Positions 28,684-38,453 are shown, counted from the stretch's first letter. The stretch is 46,939 nucleotides of DNA from Deltaproteobacteria bacterium (GCA_021372395.1 JAJFUP010000117.1:1-46939); one strand, 5' to 3'. A program made the numbers and translations. The notes: generated by a model not told the origin, from the letters alone.

Positions 28684-29981
28684 TACCACGATACACCCGA
28701 AAGGAAATGGCGCATATCTGGTCCGACCAGAACCGGTACCAGAAGTGGCTCGAAGTGGAGCTGGCCGCATGCGAGGCATGGGGAGAACTCGGCAGAATCC
28801 CGCAGGAGAGCGTCGAAAACATCAAGACAAAGGCAGGGTTCTCCGTGGAGCGTATCGAGGAGATCGAGGCAATAACCCGCCATGACGTGATCGCATTCGT
28901 CACCTGCATGGGCGAGCACGTGGGAGATGACGCGCGGTTCATCCACCGGGGGCTCACCTCGTCCGATGTGCTGGACACGGCGTATGCACTGCTGCTCAAA
29001 GAGAGCAGCCTCGTCATCCTTGCGGACATCCGGGGACTCATGGTCTCATTGAAACAGAGGGCATACGAGTTCAAGGACACCCCTGCCATGGGGAGGTCCC
29101 ATGGCATCCACGCAGAGCCCATCACCTTCGGTCTCAAGTTTGCGCTCTGGTATGCTGAGATGGAGCGGAACCTCAAGCGGATGCAGGATGCAATGGACAT
29201 CATCTCCTTTGGAAAGGTCTCGGGCGCCGTGGGCACGTTTGCGAACGTGCCGCCGGAGGTGGAAGCCTTTGTGTGCAAGAGGCTTTCACTGAAGCCGGCA
29301 CCCATCAGCACCCAGATCCTCCAGAGAGACCGCCACGCGCAGTTCTTTGCGACGCTCGCCATCATCGGCGCCACCCTCGAGAAGATCGCTACCGAAATCA
29401 GGCACCTGCAGCGGACCGAGGTGCTGGAGGCTGTGGAACCTTTCGGAAAGGGCCAGAAAGGCTCCTCTGCGATGCCGCACAAGAAAAACCCCATCGGCTC
29501 CGAGAACATCACCGGCCTGGCGAGGCTTCTTAGGGGATACTGCATGTCCGCCCTGGAGGATGTGGCCCTCTGGCACGAGAGGGACATCAGCCACTCGAGC
29601 GTGGAGAGGGTCATCGGACCGGATGCCACCACCGCCCTCGATTTCATGCTCGCGAGGATGATAGGCATCATCGACGGGCTCGTGGTCTATCCGGAGAACA
29701 TGGTGCGGAACATGAACCTGACCAGGGGGCTCTGGCATTCTCAGAATGTGCTGCTCGCGCTCGTGGACGCAGGCGTCCAGAGGGATGAGGCGTATGCATG
29801 GGTCCAACGCAACGCCTTGAAGGTATGGGACAGCGACGCCGATTTCAAGGATCTCCTCACCGAAGACCGGGAAATCGTGAGCGTGCTCGGGAAAGAGGCC
29901 ATCGAAAGCCTCTTCGACCTCTCCCATCACCTTGCCCATGTGAACACCATTTTTGAAAGGGTCTTTGATGGAAAAGATTGA
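28680..29981 (+). CDS. purB: adenylosuccinate lyase
   Basis: IPRYTRKEMAHIWSDQNRYQKWLEVELA N-terminus and GSSAMPHKKNPIGSEN signature. GTG start overlaps the upstream stop (GTGA). Confidence 0.96.
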   Translation: MIPRYTRKEMAHIWSDQNRYQKWLEVELAACEAWGELGRIPQESVENIKTKAGFSVERIEEIEAITRHDVIAFVTCMGEHVGDDARFIHRGLTSSDVLDTAYALLLKESSLVILADIRGLMVSLKQRAYEFKDTPAMGRSHGIHAEPITFGLKFALWYAEMERNLKRMQDAMDIISFGKVSGAVGTFANVPPEVEAFVCKRLSLKPAPISTQILQRDRHAQFFATLAIIGATLEKIATEIRHLQRTEVLEAVEPFGKGQKGSSAMPHKKNPIGSENITGLARLLRGYCMSALEDVALWHERDISHSSVERVIGPDATTALDFMLARMIGIIDGLVVYPENMVRNMNLTRGLWHSQNVLLALVDAGVQRDEAYAWVQRNALKVWDSDADFKDLLTEDREIVSVLGKEAIESLFDLSHHLAHVNTIFERVFDGKD

Positions 29982-30501
29982 CGAACTCAAGGAACTCGTG
30001 AAGCGGGATGCGGTACGGTACGGCAAGTTCATCCTTGCATCGGGAAGGGAATCCGATTTCTATGTGGACCTGCGGAAGGTCACCCTCCATCCAAAAGGTG
30101 CCGCGCTCATCGGGGAACTCATCTTCGACCGCATAAGGGACAGGCAGGTGGATGCCGTGGGCGGGATGTCCATCGGCGCCGATCCCATCGCCACGGCAAC
30201 GAGCCTGGCGGCCTACCGCTCGGGCAAGGAGATCATGGCGTTTCTCGTGAGAAAGGCGGCCAAGGATCACGGCACGAGGAATCTCGTCGAGGGTCCTGTC
30301 GTGCCGGGCCAGCGGGTCGTGGTGGTCGAGGATGTCATCACCACGGGTGCCAGCACGCTGACTGCCATCGAGCAGATCAAGGGGGCAGGGCTCTCCATCG
30401 AGATGGTGGTCGCGATTCTCGACCGGTGCGAAGGGGGCAGGGAGGCCATCGAGGCTCAGGGATTCGAGGTGCTCTCTCTCCTGAAGCGCACGGACCTCTG
30501 A
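29968..30501 (+). CDS. pyrE: orotate phosphoribosyltransferase
   Basis: Track ORF 29953.. (TTG) trimmed to ATG 29968. GKFILASGRESDFYVD and the PRPP loop VVVVEDVITTGAST. 14-nt overlap with purB. Confidence 0.92.
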   Translation: MEKIDELKELVKRDAVRYGKFILASGRESDFYVDLRKVTLHPKGAALIGELIFDRIRDRQVDAVGGMSIGADPIATATSLAAYRSGKEIMAFLVRKAAKDHGTRNLVEGPVVPGQRVVVVEDVITTGASTLTAIEQIKGAGLSIEMVVAILDRCEGGREAIEAQGFEVLSLLKRTDL

Positions 30502-30566
30502 TCCGGCAGAAAAAGAAGTGCTCCCGGTGTATCGTACCTCAACAGGGAAGACGAAGGAGTAGGTCT

Positions 30567-31631
30567 GTGCATATCCTTGCGATCGAGACATCCTGCGACG
30601 AAACGGCATCGGCCGTGGTGACCGATGGGGGGGAGGTCCTCTCCAGCGTGGTTGCCAGCCAGGTGGCAGATCATGCCGTGTTCGGCGGCGTGGTCCCGGA
30701 GATTGCATCCCGCAGGCACATCGAGCTCATCCGGGCCGTGGTGGGTGAAGCCCTCCAGCAGGCCTCCATCAGCCCGAAAGATCTGAGCGGCATCGCCGTC
30801 ACCCAGGGGCCCGGCCTCGTCGGAGCGCTGCTCGTGGGGATCTCCTTTGCCAAGGCCTTTGCCTATGGGCTCAAAATCCCTGTCTGCGGCATCAACCACC
30901 TGGAGGGCCACCTGAGCGCTGCACGGATCGGCCACGAGCTCACCTACCCGCATATCGGCATGGTCGTCTCCGGAGGCCATACCTCGCTCTACCGCGTGGA
31001 CAGCGAATCTTCCATCGAGGAGATCGGGCGCACCATCGATGATGCCGCGGGTGAGGCGTTCGACAAGGTAGCGAAGCTCCTCTACCTGGGGTATCCCGGT
31101 GGGATGGTCATCGAGCGGATCTCCCGGGGGATAGATCCGCGCGCCTTCGAGCTGCCCCGCCCGCTCATGAACGATGGCTCCTATGACTTCAGCTTTTCGG
31201 GGCTCAAGACCGCGGTGCTCAATTTAGTCATCAGATCCGAGATTTTCGCCGACATGGACTTGAGATTTTCCGGTCTTCCCGAGGCAAAGAAGCCGCTCCC
31301 CGGCAAGGAGCATCTTATAGCGCTCATATCCGCAGCCTTCCAGCATGCGGTGATCGATGTGCTTGTCACCAAGGCCATAAAGGCGGTCAAGGATCATGCC
31401 ATGGACCTCCTCGTGGTCTCGGGCGGGGTGGCGAGCAATACCGCCCTGCGGGAAGCCCTTCAGGAAAAGACCGGCTCGGAAGGGATACGGCTTGTCATCC
31501 CCGAGAGGAAATACTGCACCGACAATGCCGTCATGATCGCCCTGGCGAGCATCAGGCATTTCAGGGACAACCGGCATGCGCCGCTTGACATGAATGCCGT
31601 GTCGCGGTGGTCCTCCATAACGGGCGCTTAG
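30567..31631 (+). CDS. tsaD: tRNA N6-adenosine threonylcarbamoyltransferase
   Basis: Track ORF 30426.. trimmed to GTG 30567 after GAAGGAG. ILAIETSCDETASAVV, INHLEGH, VSGGHT and VSGGVASN motifs. Confidence 0.94.
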   Translation: MHILAIETSCDETASAVVTDGGEVLSSVVASQVADHAVFGGVVPEIASRRHIELIRAVVGEALQQASISPKDLSGIAVTQGPGLVGALLVGISFAKAFAYGLKIPVCGINHLEGHLSAARIGHELTYPHIGMVVSGGHTSLYRVDSESSIEEIGRTIDDAAGEAFDKVAKLLYLGYPGGMVIERISRGIDPRAFELPRPLMNDGSYDFSFSGLKTAVLNLVIRSEIFADMDLRFSGLPEAKKPLPGKEHLIALISAAFQHAVIDVLVTKAIKAVKDHAMDLLVVSGGVASNTALREALQEKTGSEGIRLVIPERKYCTDNAVMIALASIRHFRDNRHAPLDMNAVSRWSSITGA

Positions 31632-31653
31632 GATACGCAAGCCGCATAGAGAG

Positions 31654-32481
31654 GTGGTGAGGGTGAAGGCGAAGCGATCGTTGGGGCAGAATTTTCTCAA
31701 AAGCCCCGCCATTGCCGAACGGATGGCGCTCTATGCCCGCATTGCCGAGGGGGACATCGTCCTCGAGATCGGTCCCGGCAGGGGCAGGCTCACCCGGGTA
31801 CTTCTCGACCAGGGAGCACAAGTCGTTGCCGTGGAGAAGGACGATCACCTCTACGCCCTTCTCGGGGAAACGTTCAAGGACCGGCAGAACCTTCAGCTCA
31901 TCCATGAGGACATCCTGGAGTGCGATCTGTCCCGATTGATCCCGGAGGGCACCAAGCTCGTCGCCAACCTTCCCTATAACATTGCGACGCAGCTCATCAT
32001 GAGGCTCGTGGAGCATGCCCGGCACCTTTCATCCATCGTAGTCATGCTCCAGAAGGAGGTGGCCCAGAGGATCTGCGCGTGTGTGGGAGACAAGACCTAC
32101 TCAGGTTTGAGCGTCATTGTCTCGGCAGGATTTGATGCTGAGCCGGGGTTCATGGTCGGTCCGGAAAATTTCATTCCGCGGCCCAAGGTGGACTCGCAGG
32201 TGGTGAAGCTCGTGCCGAAGGCAGCCCCTATCTCGGCCGGAAATTTTGATGCCTTCAGAAAGGTGGTCTTTTGTGCCTTCAGCCAGAGGAGAAAGGTTCT
32301 CCGGAACACCCTCATGGGGCTTCCCCGCATGGACCAGGATATTCTGGAAACCATTGCAGAACGCGCCGATATCAGCTTGAGATGCCGACCTCAGGAAATC
32401 AGCATGGAGAAGTTTCTCCTCCTGAGCCTTGCCTACACGCAATATATCGATGACAGACCCCCGGAGAAGAGGCCCAGCTAA
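31654..32481 (+). CDS. rsmA: 16S rRNA (adenine1518/1519-N6)-dimethyltransferase
   Basis: KRSLGQNFL, VLEIGPGRGRLT and ANLPYNI motifs. 275 aa. Confidence 0.94.
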   Translation: MVRVKAKRSLGQNFLKSPAIAERMALYARIAEGDIVLEIGPGRGRLTRVLLDQGAQVVAVEKDDHLYALLGETFKDRQNLQLIHEDILECDLSRLIPEGTKLVANLPYNIATQLIMRLVEHARHLSSIVVMLQKEVAQRICACVGDKTYSGLSVIVSAGFDAEPGFMVGPENFIPRPKVDSQVVKLVPKAAPISAGNFDAFRKVVFCAFSQRRKVLRNTLMGLPRMDQDILETIAERADISLRCRPQEISMEKFLLLSLAYTQYIDDRPPEKRPS

Positions 32482-32677
32482 GCAGGACCCGCGGCTGCAG
32501 ACAGAGTTACGTCTGTTTTTCCGGTTACGAACACGTCATTGAGAGTACCATGCAGGGAATCAGGATTACGTGCCTGTAATTGATGGAACCGTCACCGATT
32601 CGACAACAATTCAGTAAAACAATCACAACTATTTAATTATAGTACCGATATAACAGCAAGGCAAGGAGTCAATCGAT

Positions 32678-32693
32678 TGGCATCAGCCTTGCT
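32678..32693 (+). promoter_or_regulatory. sigma-54 (-24/-12) promoter upstream of the S8 protease
   Basis: TGGCAT-CAGCC-TTGCT: GG (32679-80) and GC (32691-92) separated by exactly 10 nt, with a preceding T and a following T. Compare the consensus YTGGCACG-N4-TTGCW. 45 nt upstream of the GTG start. rpoN is encoded in the same window. Confidence 0.6.
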
Positions 32694-32698
32694 GGGGA

Positions 32699-32730
32699 CC
32701 TCCCGGATCAATCATCACCGATCCGGGGGG
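32699..32730 (+). promoter_or_regulatory. 5-prime UTR hairpin covering the G-tract Shine-Dalgarno of the protease gene
   Basis: CCTCCCGGATC (32699-32709) pairs with GATCCGGGGGG (32720-32730): 11 bp including one G-U, with a 10-nt loop. The right arm is the G7 run that would serve as the RBS 6 nt before GTG 32738. If the start site is near 32704, only about 6 bp of the stem are transcribed. Confidence 0.4.
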
Positions 32731-32737
32731 GTATAAG

Positions 32738-34087
32738 GTGAAAGACGCAAAAGTATTCCTGATTGCAGTCCTGGTCCTTGTCGTATCGGGCATCCCGCTC
32801 ATGGCCTCCGAGTATCGCGCTGACGAGGTCATCGTAAAATTCAAGAACAGGCAAGCCCAGGCGGCCTCTGCCATGACATTATCAGAGGAGCGACCGATAA
32901 GCATTGCCGTGGATGATGCAGACAGGGCCATTGCCGAATTGAAGTCAAACCCGGACATCGAGTACGTGGAGCCGAATTACGTCATAGAGGCGGAGACCGT
33001 CCCTGCCGACTGGCCATATATCGGTCAGTGGGCAGACATGGAACTCGAGAGTGCCTGGAACTTCATCGATGATCGCGGCCCGGGAGAGCAGGTGATCGTT
33101 GCCGTGATCGATTCAGGCGTGGATCTTGCCCATCCGGACCTCCAGGGGGCCCTCATTCCGGGGTATGATTTTGCGAATCGCGATGCTTCGCCCGAAGACG
33201 ATGCAGGTCACGGCACCAAGGTGTGCGGAATCCTCGGGGCGCTGGGGAATAACGGCACCGGCATCGCCGGCGTTGCCTGGGATGTCAACATGGTGATCAT
33301 GCCGCTGAAGTTCATGAAGAACAATGACGGGAAGACCACCGGGAACCTCTCGGACGCAATTGATGCAATCTACTATGCGGTCGATCACGGGGCCACCGTC
33401 ATCAATGCGAGCTGGGGATTCACGTCCTACTCCCGTGCCCTCGAAGATGCGATCACGTATGCGAAGGATCACGGTGTCCTGTTCATCGCCTCAGCCGGGA
33501 ACGCGGGACAGGACAACGACGTGAGTGATCACTACCCCTCCAACTATACGCTGGACAACATCATCGCTGTGGCTGCACTCGACAGCGACGGCGAACTCGC
33601 CCTGTTCTCCAATTACGGTACGAACAGCGTGGATATCGCGGCCCCGGGCGTCGGCATCACGACGACGACCCTGAACGGCGCGTATGTGTCATGGGCCTCG
33701 GGCACGTCATTTGCAACACCCTTTGTCGCAGGCATCGCGGCCATGGTGCTCTCCCAGTCTCCGACCCTCGAGTATGCTTCGGTAAGGAATATCATCCTGA
33801 ACACGGCGGTAAAAAATGCAGCTGTCCCCGAAGACCTGCGTGTCGCGAGCGGCGGCTGCGTGAATGCCTACGATGCACTGATGGCCGAGGAAGCCTATGA
33901 TCCTTCGTCACAGGCCACACCCACGCCGGGGGGCAGTGATACTGCAGAGGCTCCCTCATCAGGCGGAGGAGGCGGTGGCGGATGCCTGATCGATGTGACT
34001 CGGACAACAGGGAACTACACCTGCTTCATCGTATTCATGATCATGATAGTCTTGTTCCAGATCAACAGGAAGAAGGATCTGGGATAG
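32738..34087 (+). CDS. secreted subtilisin-like (S8) serine protease with I9 propeptide and C-terminal Gly-run/TM anchor
   Basis: Signal peptide MKDAKVFLIAVLVLVVSGIPLMA. I9-like propeptide (VIVKFKN...IEYVEPNY). Catalytic triad motifs VAVIDSGVD, HGTKVCG and GTSFATPFVAG. Tail SSGGGGGGGC...CFIVFMIMIVLFQINRKKDLG. Confidence 0.92.
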   Translation: MKDAKVFLIAVLVLVVSGIPLMASEYRADEVIVKFKNRQAQAASAMTLSEERPISIAVDDADRAIAELKSNPDIEYVEPNYVIEAETVPADWPYIGQWADMELESAWNFIDDRGPGEQVIVAVIDSGVDLAHPDLQGALIPGYDFANRDASPEDDAGHGTKVCGILGALGNNGTGIAGVAWDVNMVIMPLKFMKNNDGKTTGNLSDAIDAIYYAVDHGATVINASWGFTSYSRALEDAITYAKDHGVLFIASAGNAGQDNDVSDHYPSNYTLDNIIAVAALDSDGELALFSNYGTNSVDIAAPGVGITTTTLNGAYVSWASGTSFATPFVAGIAAMVLSQSPTLEYASVRNIILNTAVKNAAVPEDLRVASGGCVNAYDALMAEEAYDPSSQATPTPGGSDTAEAPSSGGGGGGGCLIDVTRTTGNYTCFIVFMIMIVLFQINRKKDLG

Positions 34088-34099
34088 CCTATACCCCCA

Positions 34100-34122
34100 A
34101 GCCCCCCCGGAAAGGGGGGGCT
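34100..34122. terminator. GC-rich hairpin terminator between convergent protease and thiolase genes
   Basis: AGCCCCCCC-GGAAA-GGGGGGGCT: 9-bp perfect stem, with CCCTTTT 2 nt downstream on the + strand. Confidence 0.7.
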
Positions 34123-34141
34123 ACCCTTTTATCGATTCCTT

Positions 34142-35431
34142 TTAGAGCGCTTCTATTGCCATGGCCATGCCCTGGCCGCCGCCGATGCAGAGCGTTGCGA
34201 GGCCGAGGCCGGTTCCGCGCCGTTTCATCTCGTTCGCGAGCGCAAGGATGAGGCGTGCACCGGTGCAGCCGATGGGGTGGCCGATGGAGATGCCGGAGCC
34301 GTTCACATTGGAGATCGCCTCGTCCATGCCGAGTTCTCTCATGCAGGCGAGCGCCTGGGAAGCGAAGGCCTCGTTGACCTCGAGGAGGCCGTAGTCCTTG
34401 ATGGATGTCCCGGTGATCTTCAGGAGCTTGCGCACGGCCGGGATGGGACCGAGCCCCATGTATGCCGGGTCCACGCCGCCGGTGGCATACCCCTTGATCC
34501 GGGCAATGGGTTTGAGTCCGAGCTCTTTCGCCTTGACTTCACTCATGACGAGGCATGCAGCCGCAGCGTCGTTGATGCCCGAGGAATTTCCGGCCGTGAC
34601 CGTTCCGTCCTTCTTGAAGACCGTGGCGAGCTTCCCCATCTTTTCCAGCGTGGTGTCCATGGGCCGCTCGTCGGTATCGAAAACGAGAGGGTCGCCCTTC
34701 TTCCGGGGGATCGTCACCGGCACGATCTCGTCCTTGAGGATCCCGGATGCAATGGCCGCACGGGCACGGATATGACTCTCGAGGCCGAGCTTGTCCTGGT
34801 CGGCCCGGGTGATCCCGTATTTTTCCGCAATGTTCTCGGCGGTGATCCCCATATGGTACCCGTAGAAGATCTCATAGAGACCGTCGAACACCATGAGATC
34901 CAGAGTCTGGCCGTATGGCATGTCCATGCGGTAACCCCAGCGGGCCCTGGGCAGTGCGATGGGTACTTCGCTCATGTTTTCCATGCCGCCTGCGATGACT
35001 ATCTCGTTGTCGCCTGCCTTGATGGTGGATGAGGCAAGGGCGATGGCCTTCATCCCCGAGGCGCACACCTTGTTGATGGAGAAGGCGGTTGTCTCCTTGG
35101 GGAGCCCGGCCCGGATCATGGCCTGTCTTGCGGGGTTCTGGCCCTGTCCTGCCTGGAGCACGTTGCCCATGATCACCTCGTCGACCGTTATCTTCTGAAG
35201 GTCTTCCGGCCAATGGGAGAATTTCTGCTCGATGGGAGACAGATCCACGTTCTTCAGGAGATCAGGGGCATCTTCCTTGCTTGACAAGGAAACATCCGGC
35301 CTCAGCCCGTTCCTGAGAAGGCATTCACGTATCACGAGAGCCCCCAGCTCTTTCGCCGGGATATCTTTCAGAGATCCGCCAAAGGAACCCACAGCTGTCC
35401 TCACTCCGCCAACAATAACCACGTTCCCCAT
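34142..35431 (-). CDS. acetyl-CoA C-acetyltransferase (thiolase) with N-terminal insertion
   Basis: VRTAVGSFGGS, active-site NKVCASGMKA, and C-terminal GHPIGCTGARL and LCIGGGQGMAMAIE. 429 aa versus about 392 for the usual enzyme. Confidence 0.93.
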   Translation of the reverse strand: MGNVVIVGGVRTAVGSFGGSLKDIPAKELGALVIRECLLRNGLRPDVSLSSKEDAPDLLKNVDLSPIEQKFSHWPEDLQKITVDEVIMGNVLQAGQGQNPARQAMIRAGLPKETTAFSINKVCASGMKAIALASSTIKAGDNEIVIAGGMENMSEVPIALPRARWGYRMDMPYGQTLDLMVFDGLYEIFYGYHMGITAENIAEKYGITRADQDKLGLESHIRARAAIASGILKDEIVPVTIPRKKGDPLVFDTDERPMDTTLEKMGKLATVFKKDGTVTAGNSSGINDAAAACLVMSEVKAKELGLKPIARIKGYATGGVDPAYMGLGPIPAVRKLLKITGTSIKDYGLLEVNEAFASQALACMRELGMDEAISNVNGSGISIGHPIGCTGARLILALANEMKRRGTGLGLATLCIGGGQGMAMAIEAL

Positions 35432-35577
35432 ATTGCCTCCTTCCCTGATTTGGATTGTCTTTTTCGATACTTCCTACTATTTCATAAGAGGTGCTCATTG
35501 GCAAGAATGGATTGGATCCTGCAAATAAGCGCATCCGTGGCCTTGATAAAAACAAGGCCTGGGTGTAAGTACGCACC

Positions 35578-36456
35578 ATGGAACTGGACTACGAGGCCCA
35601 TCTGATGCGGTATTCGATGGAGCTGTTGGACCAGAGAGGGCTTTCCAGGGAAACGTACAGGGCATATTTCAACGACATCAAGCACATGGTGGTTTTTCTG
35701 AGGGAGCGCCAGGCACACATCCCTGACCGGCGTACCGTACGGTCCTATATGCTCGAGCTCCACACCCGGTATACCCGGACGACAATCAACCGCAAGCTGA
35801 GCGCCATCAAGGGTTTCTTCGATTTCATGGTGAGGCAGGGCAGCCTCACCATGAACCCCTTCGGACACGTGAGGTCTCTGAAGCACCGGGAGACCCTTCC
35901 CGTGTTCCTGAGCCACGATGAGATATTCGACCTTATCGAGGCGGTCACCGATCCGAGGGACAGGGCTATCCTCGAACTCCTCTACTCCACCGGTATCCGG
36001 GTGGGGGAGGCCGAGGCGATGCAATGCGCCGACGTGGATACTGCCTCGGGCTTTATCCGGGTGACCGGCAAGGGGAACAAACAGAGAACGGTGCCGGTGG
36101 GGAGACGCGCCCTGGATGCCATTACCTGCTACCTGAAGGGCAGGGGTATCGAAGACCCCATCTACTGCAGCGAACCCCTCTTCCTGAACAGCAGGGCTAC
36201 AGTGATGAGATCCCGGAGCATCAGGAGGGTCGTGCACCAGTGGTCCCTTGCAGCCTCGGTTGCCAAACAGGTGAGCCCTCACGTGATAAGGCACACCTTC
36301 GCGAGCCACATGCTCGATGCCGGAGCCGACCTGCGGTCCATCCAGGAGATGCTCGGTCATGCGAGCCTCTCCACGACCCAGCGGTATACCCACTTGACGG
36401 TAGACAAACTCATGGATGTGTATGATAAGGCTCATCCGAGGGCAAAGGAGAGATGA
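35578..36456 (+). CDS. xerC: tyrosine recombinase XerC/XerD family
   Basis: Catalytic R...HxxR...Y pattern: [37 protein letters not shown]. Sits immediately upstream of hslVU, as in the conserved xerC/codV-hslV-hslU arrangement. Confidence 0.88.
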   Translation: MELDYEAHLMRYSMELLDQRGLSRETYRAYFNDIKHMVVFLRERQAHIPDRRTVRSYMLELHTRYTRTTINRKLSAIKGFFDFMVRQGSLTMNPFGHVRSLKHRETLPVFLSHDEIFDLIEAVTDPRDRAILELLYSTGIRVGEAEAMQCADVDTASGFIRVTGKGNKQRTVPVGRRALDAITCYLKGRGIEDPIYCSEPLFLNSRATVMRSRSIRRVVHQWSLAASVAKQVSPHVIRHTFASHMLDAGADLRSIQEMLGHASLSTTQRYTHLTVDKLMDVYDKAHPRAKER

Positions 36457-36986
36457 TGGAAATTCACGGAACGACCATACTCTGCGTGAGAAGGGCTGGA
36501 CACGTGGTGCTAGCCGGCGACGGACAGGTTACCATGAGCAACGTGGTCCTCAAGGCGAACGCCCGCAAGGTGAGAAAAATCCATGACAACAAGGTGATGG
36601 CCGGTTTTGCCGGCTCGACATCCGATGCCTTCACCCTTTTCGAGCGCTTCGAGGAAAAGCTCAAGGAGTACCGGGGCAACCTCACGAGGGCGGCTGTGGA
36701 GATGGGGAAAGACTGGAGGACCGACAGGGTGCTCAGGAAGCTCGAAGCCCTCATGATCGTCGCGGATTCCGAGAAGACATTCCTCCTCTCGGGAACCGGT
36801 GATGTCGTGGAGCCGGACGACGATGTGTGCGGCATCGGGTCGGGAGGCCAGTATGCCATGGCTGCGGCCAGGGCGCTCCTCAAGTATACGGATCTGTCAG
36901 CCAGGGAAATCACCGAGAAGGCCATGGATATCGCTTCCGATATCTGTATATATACCAACAAAGCCATAACATTCGAGGAACTGTGA
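36453..36986 (+). CDS. hslV: ATP-dependent protease subunit HslV
   Basis: [24 protein letters not shown]-terminal Thr protease motif. 177 aa. ATGA overlap with xerC. Confidence 0.96.
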   Translation: MMEIHGTTILCVRRAGHVVLAGDGQVTMSNVVLKANARKVRKIHDNKVMAGFAGSTSDAFTLFERFEEKLKEYRGNLTRAAVEMGKDWRTDRVLRKLEALMIVADSEKTFLLSGTGDVVEPDDDVCGIGSGGQYAMAAARALLKYTDLSAREITEKAMDIASDICIYTNKAITFEEL

Positions 36987-38296
36987 TGCATAACCTCACC
37001 CCAAAGGAAATCGTCATCGAGCTTGATAGATACATCGTCGGCCAGGACAAGGCGAAGCGTGCCGTGGCCATCTCGCTGCGGAACCGCTGGCGCCGCCAGA
37101 TGGTATCCCCGGATATCAGGGACGATATCTACCCGAAGAATATCATCCTCATCGGGCCCACTGGCGTGGGAAAGACCGAAATCGCCCGGAGGCTCGCCAA
37201 GCTCGCCGGAGCCCCATTCATCAAGGTCGAGGCCTCGAAGTTCACTGAAGTCGGCTATGTGGGCCGGGATGTGGAGTCCATCATCCGCGACCTCATGAGG
37301 ATCGGCATCCAGATGGTTCAGACCGAAGAGAGCGAGAGGGTCAAGGACAAGGCCGTCGAGATGGCCAAGGAGCGCATCCTCGACTATCTCCTCCCTGCTC
37401 AGAAGGAAGGGGAGATCCACGCGGAGAGCAGGGAGAAACTGCGCAAGATGCTGGAGGACGGTTTTCTCGACGATCGCCAGATCGAGGTCGAATCCCGGGA
37501 GACCACCATGCCCACCGTCGAGATCTTCTCCGGCCAGGGGCTCGAGGAGATGGGCATAGACTTCAAGGAGATGTTCTCGTCCTTCATGCCCAAGAAGACC
37601 AGGCGCAGGAAGATGAGCGTGAAGGAGGCTCTCGAGTTCATCACGAACCAGGAGATCTCCCGCCTCATCGACATGGACAAGGTGTCCCAGGAGGCGCGCA
37701 ACCGGGTGGAGAACGCCGGCATCGTCTTCATCGACGAGCTTGACAAGGTCGCGGGCCGTGAAGCCGGACGCGGCCCGGATGTGTCCCGGGAAGGGGTCCA
37801 GCGGGACCTGCTGCCCATTGTGGAGGGAACCACGGTCAACACGAAGTTCGGTCCCGTGAACACGGACCACATCCTCTTCATCGGCGCCGGGGCATTCCAC
37901 GTGAGCAAGCCCTCAGACCTTATCCCCGAGATGCAGGGGAGATTCCCCATCCGGGAAGAGCTCCAGGCGCTGACGAAGGAAGATTTCGTGCGGATACTCA
38001 CCGAGCCGAGGAATGCCCTGATCAAGCAGTACCAGGCGCTGCTGGCCACGGAAGGGATCGACCTCTCCTTCACGGAGGATGCCATCTCCGAGATTGCCGC
38101 CATAGCCCAGTATATCAATGACCACACCGAGAACATCGGTGCCCGGAGATTGCACACGGTCATCGAGAAGCTCCTCGACGAGATTTCCTTCGGATCGTCC
38201 GATCTTGCAGGAAAGGTTTCCATAAGCGCCGAGTATGTGAAACAGAGGTTGGAACCGATCATGAGCAAGGAAGACCTGAGCAGATACATCCTGTAA
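36986..38296 (+). CDS. hslU: ATP-dependent protease ATPase subunit HslU
   Basis: Track ORF 36827.. trimmed to ATG 36986 (TGATG overlap with the hslV stop). [34 protein letters not shown], Walker [25 protein letters not shown]. Confidence 0.96.
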   Translation: MHNLTPKEIVIELDRYIVGQDKAKRAVAISLRNRWRRQMVSPDIRDDIYPKNIILIGPTGVGKTEIARRLAKLAGAPFIKVEASKFTEVGYVGRDVESIIRDLMRIGIQMVQTEESERVKDKAVEMAKERILDYLLPAQKEGEIHAESREKLRKMLEDGFLDDRQIEVESRETTMPTVEIFSGQGLEEMGIDFKEMFSSFMPKKTRRRKMSVKEALEFITNQEISRLIDMDKVSQEARNRVENAGIVFIDELDKVAGREAGRGPDVSREGVQRDLLPIVEGTTVNTKFGPVNTDHILFIGAGAFHVSKPSDLIPEMQGRFPIREELQALTKEDFVRILTEPRNALIKQYQALLATEGIDLSFTEDAISEIAAIAQYINDHTENIGARRLHTVIEKLLDEISFGSSDLAGKVSISAEYVKQRLEPIMSKEDLSRYIL

Positions 38297-38453
38297 AAGT
38301 CCCTCCCGGGAGAACCCGGAGGGATGTCCCGTGAAGGGCGTCCTGACCTTCCTGTGCCTTGAATGTTTCGTCTGTGCGCAGGCCCAAGGATGGCGGAATT
38401 CCCCCTTCACAAACTTCCCGGTTGTGGTAATACGGATATGGAGAGGAGCACGT

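Noticed and set aside
35578-36456. Tyrosine recombinase as a marker of an integrated mobile element
   Set aside because: It overlaps hslV by ATGA in the conserved housekeeping xerC/codV-hslV-hslU arrangement. There are no flanking direct repeats, no tRNA target, no phage or transposon genes, and no obvious compositional shift.
36464-37900. 478-aa minus-strand ORF spanning hslV and hslU
   Set aside because: It is antisense to two unmistakable genes, has a low-complexity Asp/Leu/Gly/His/Arg composition, and has no RBS or recognisable domain. It is a shadow ORF.
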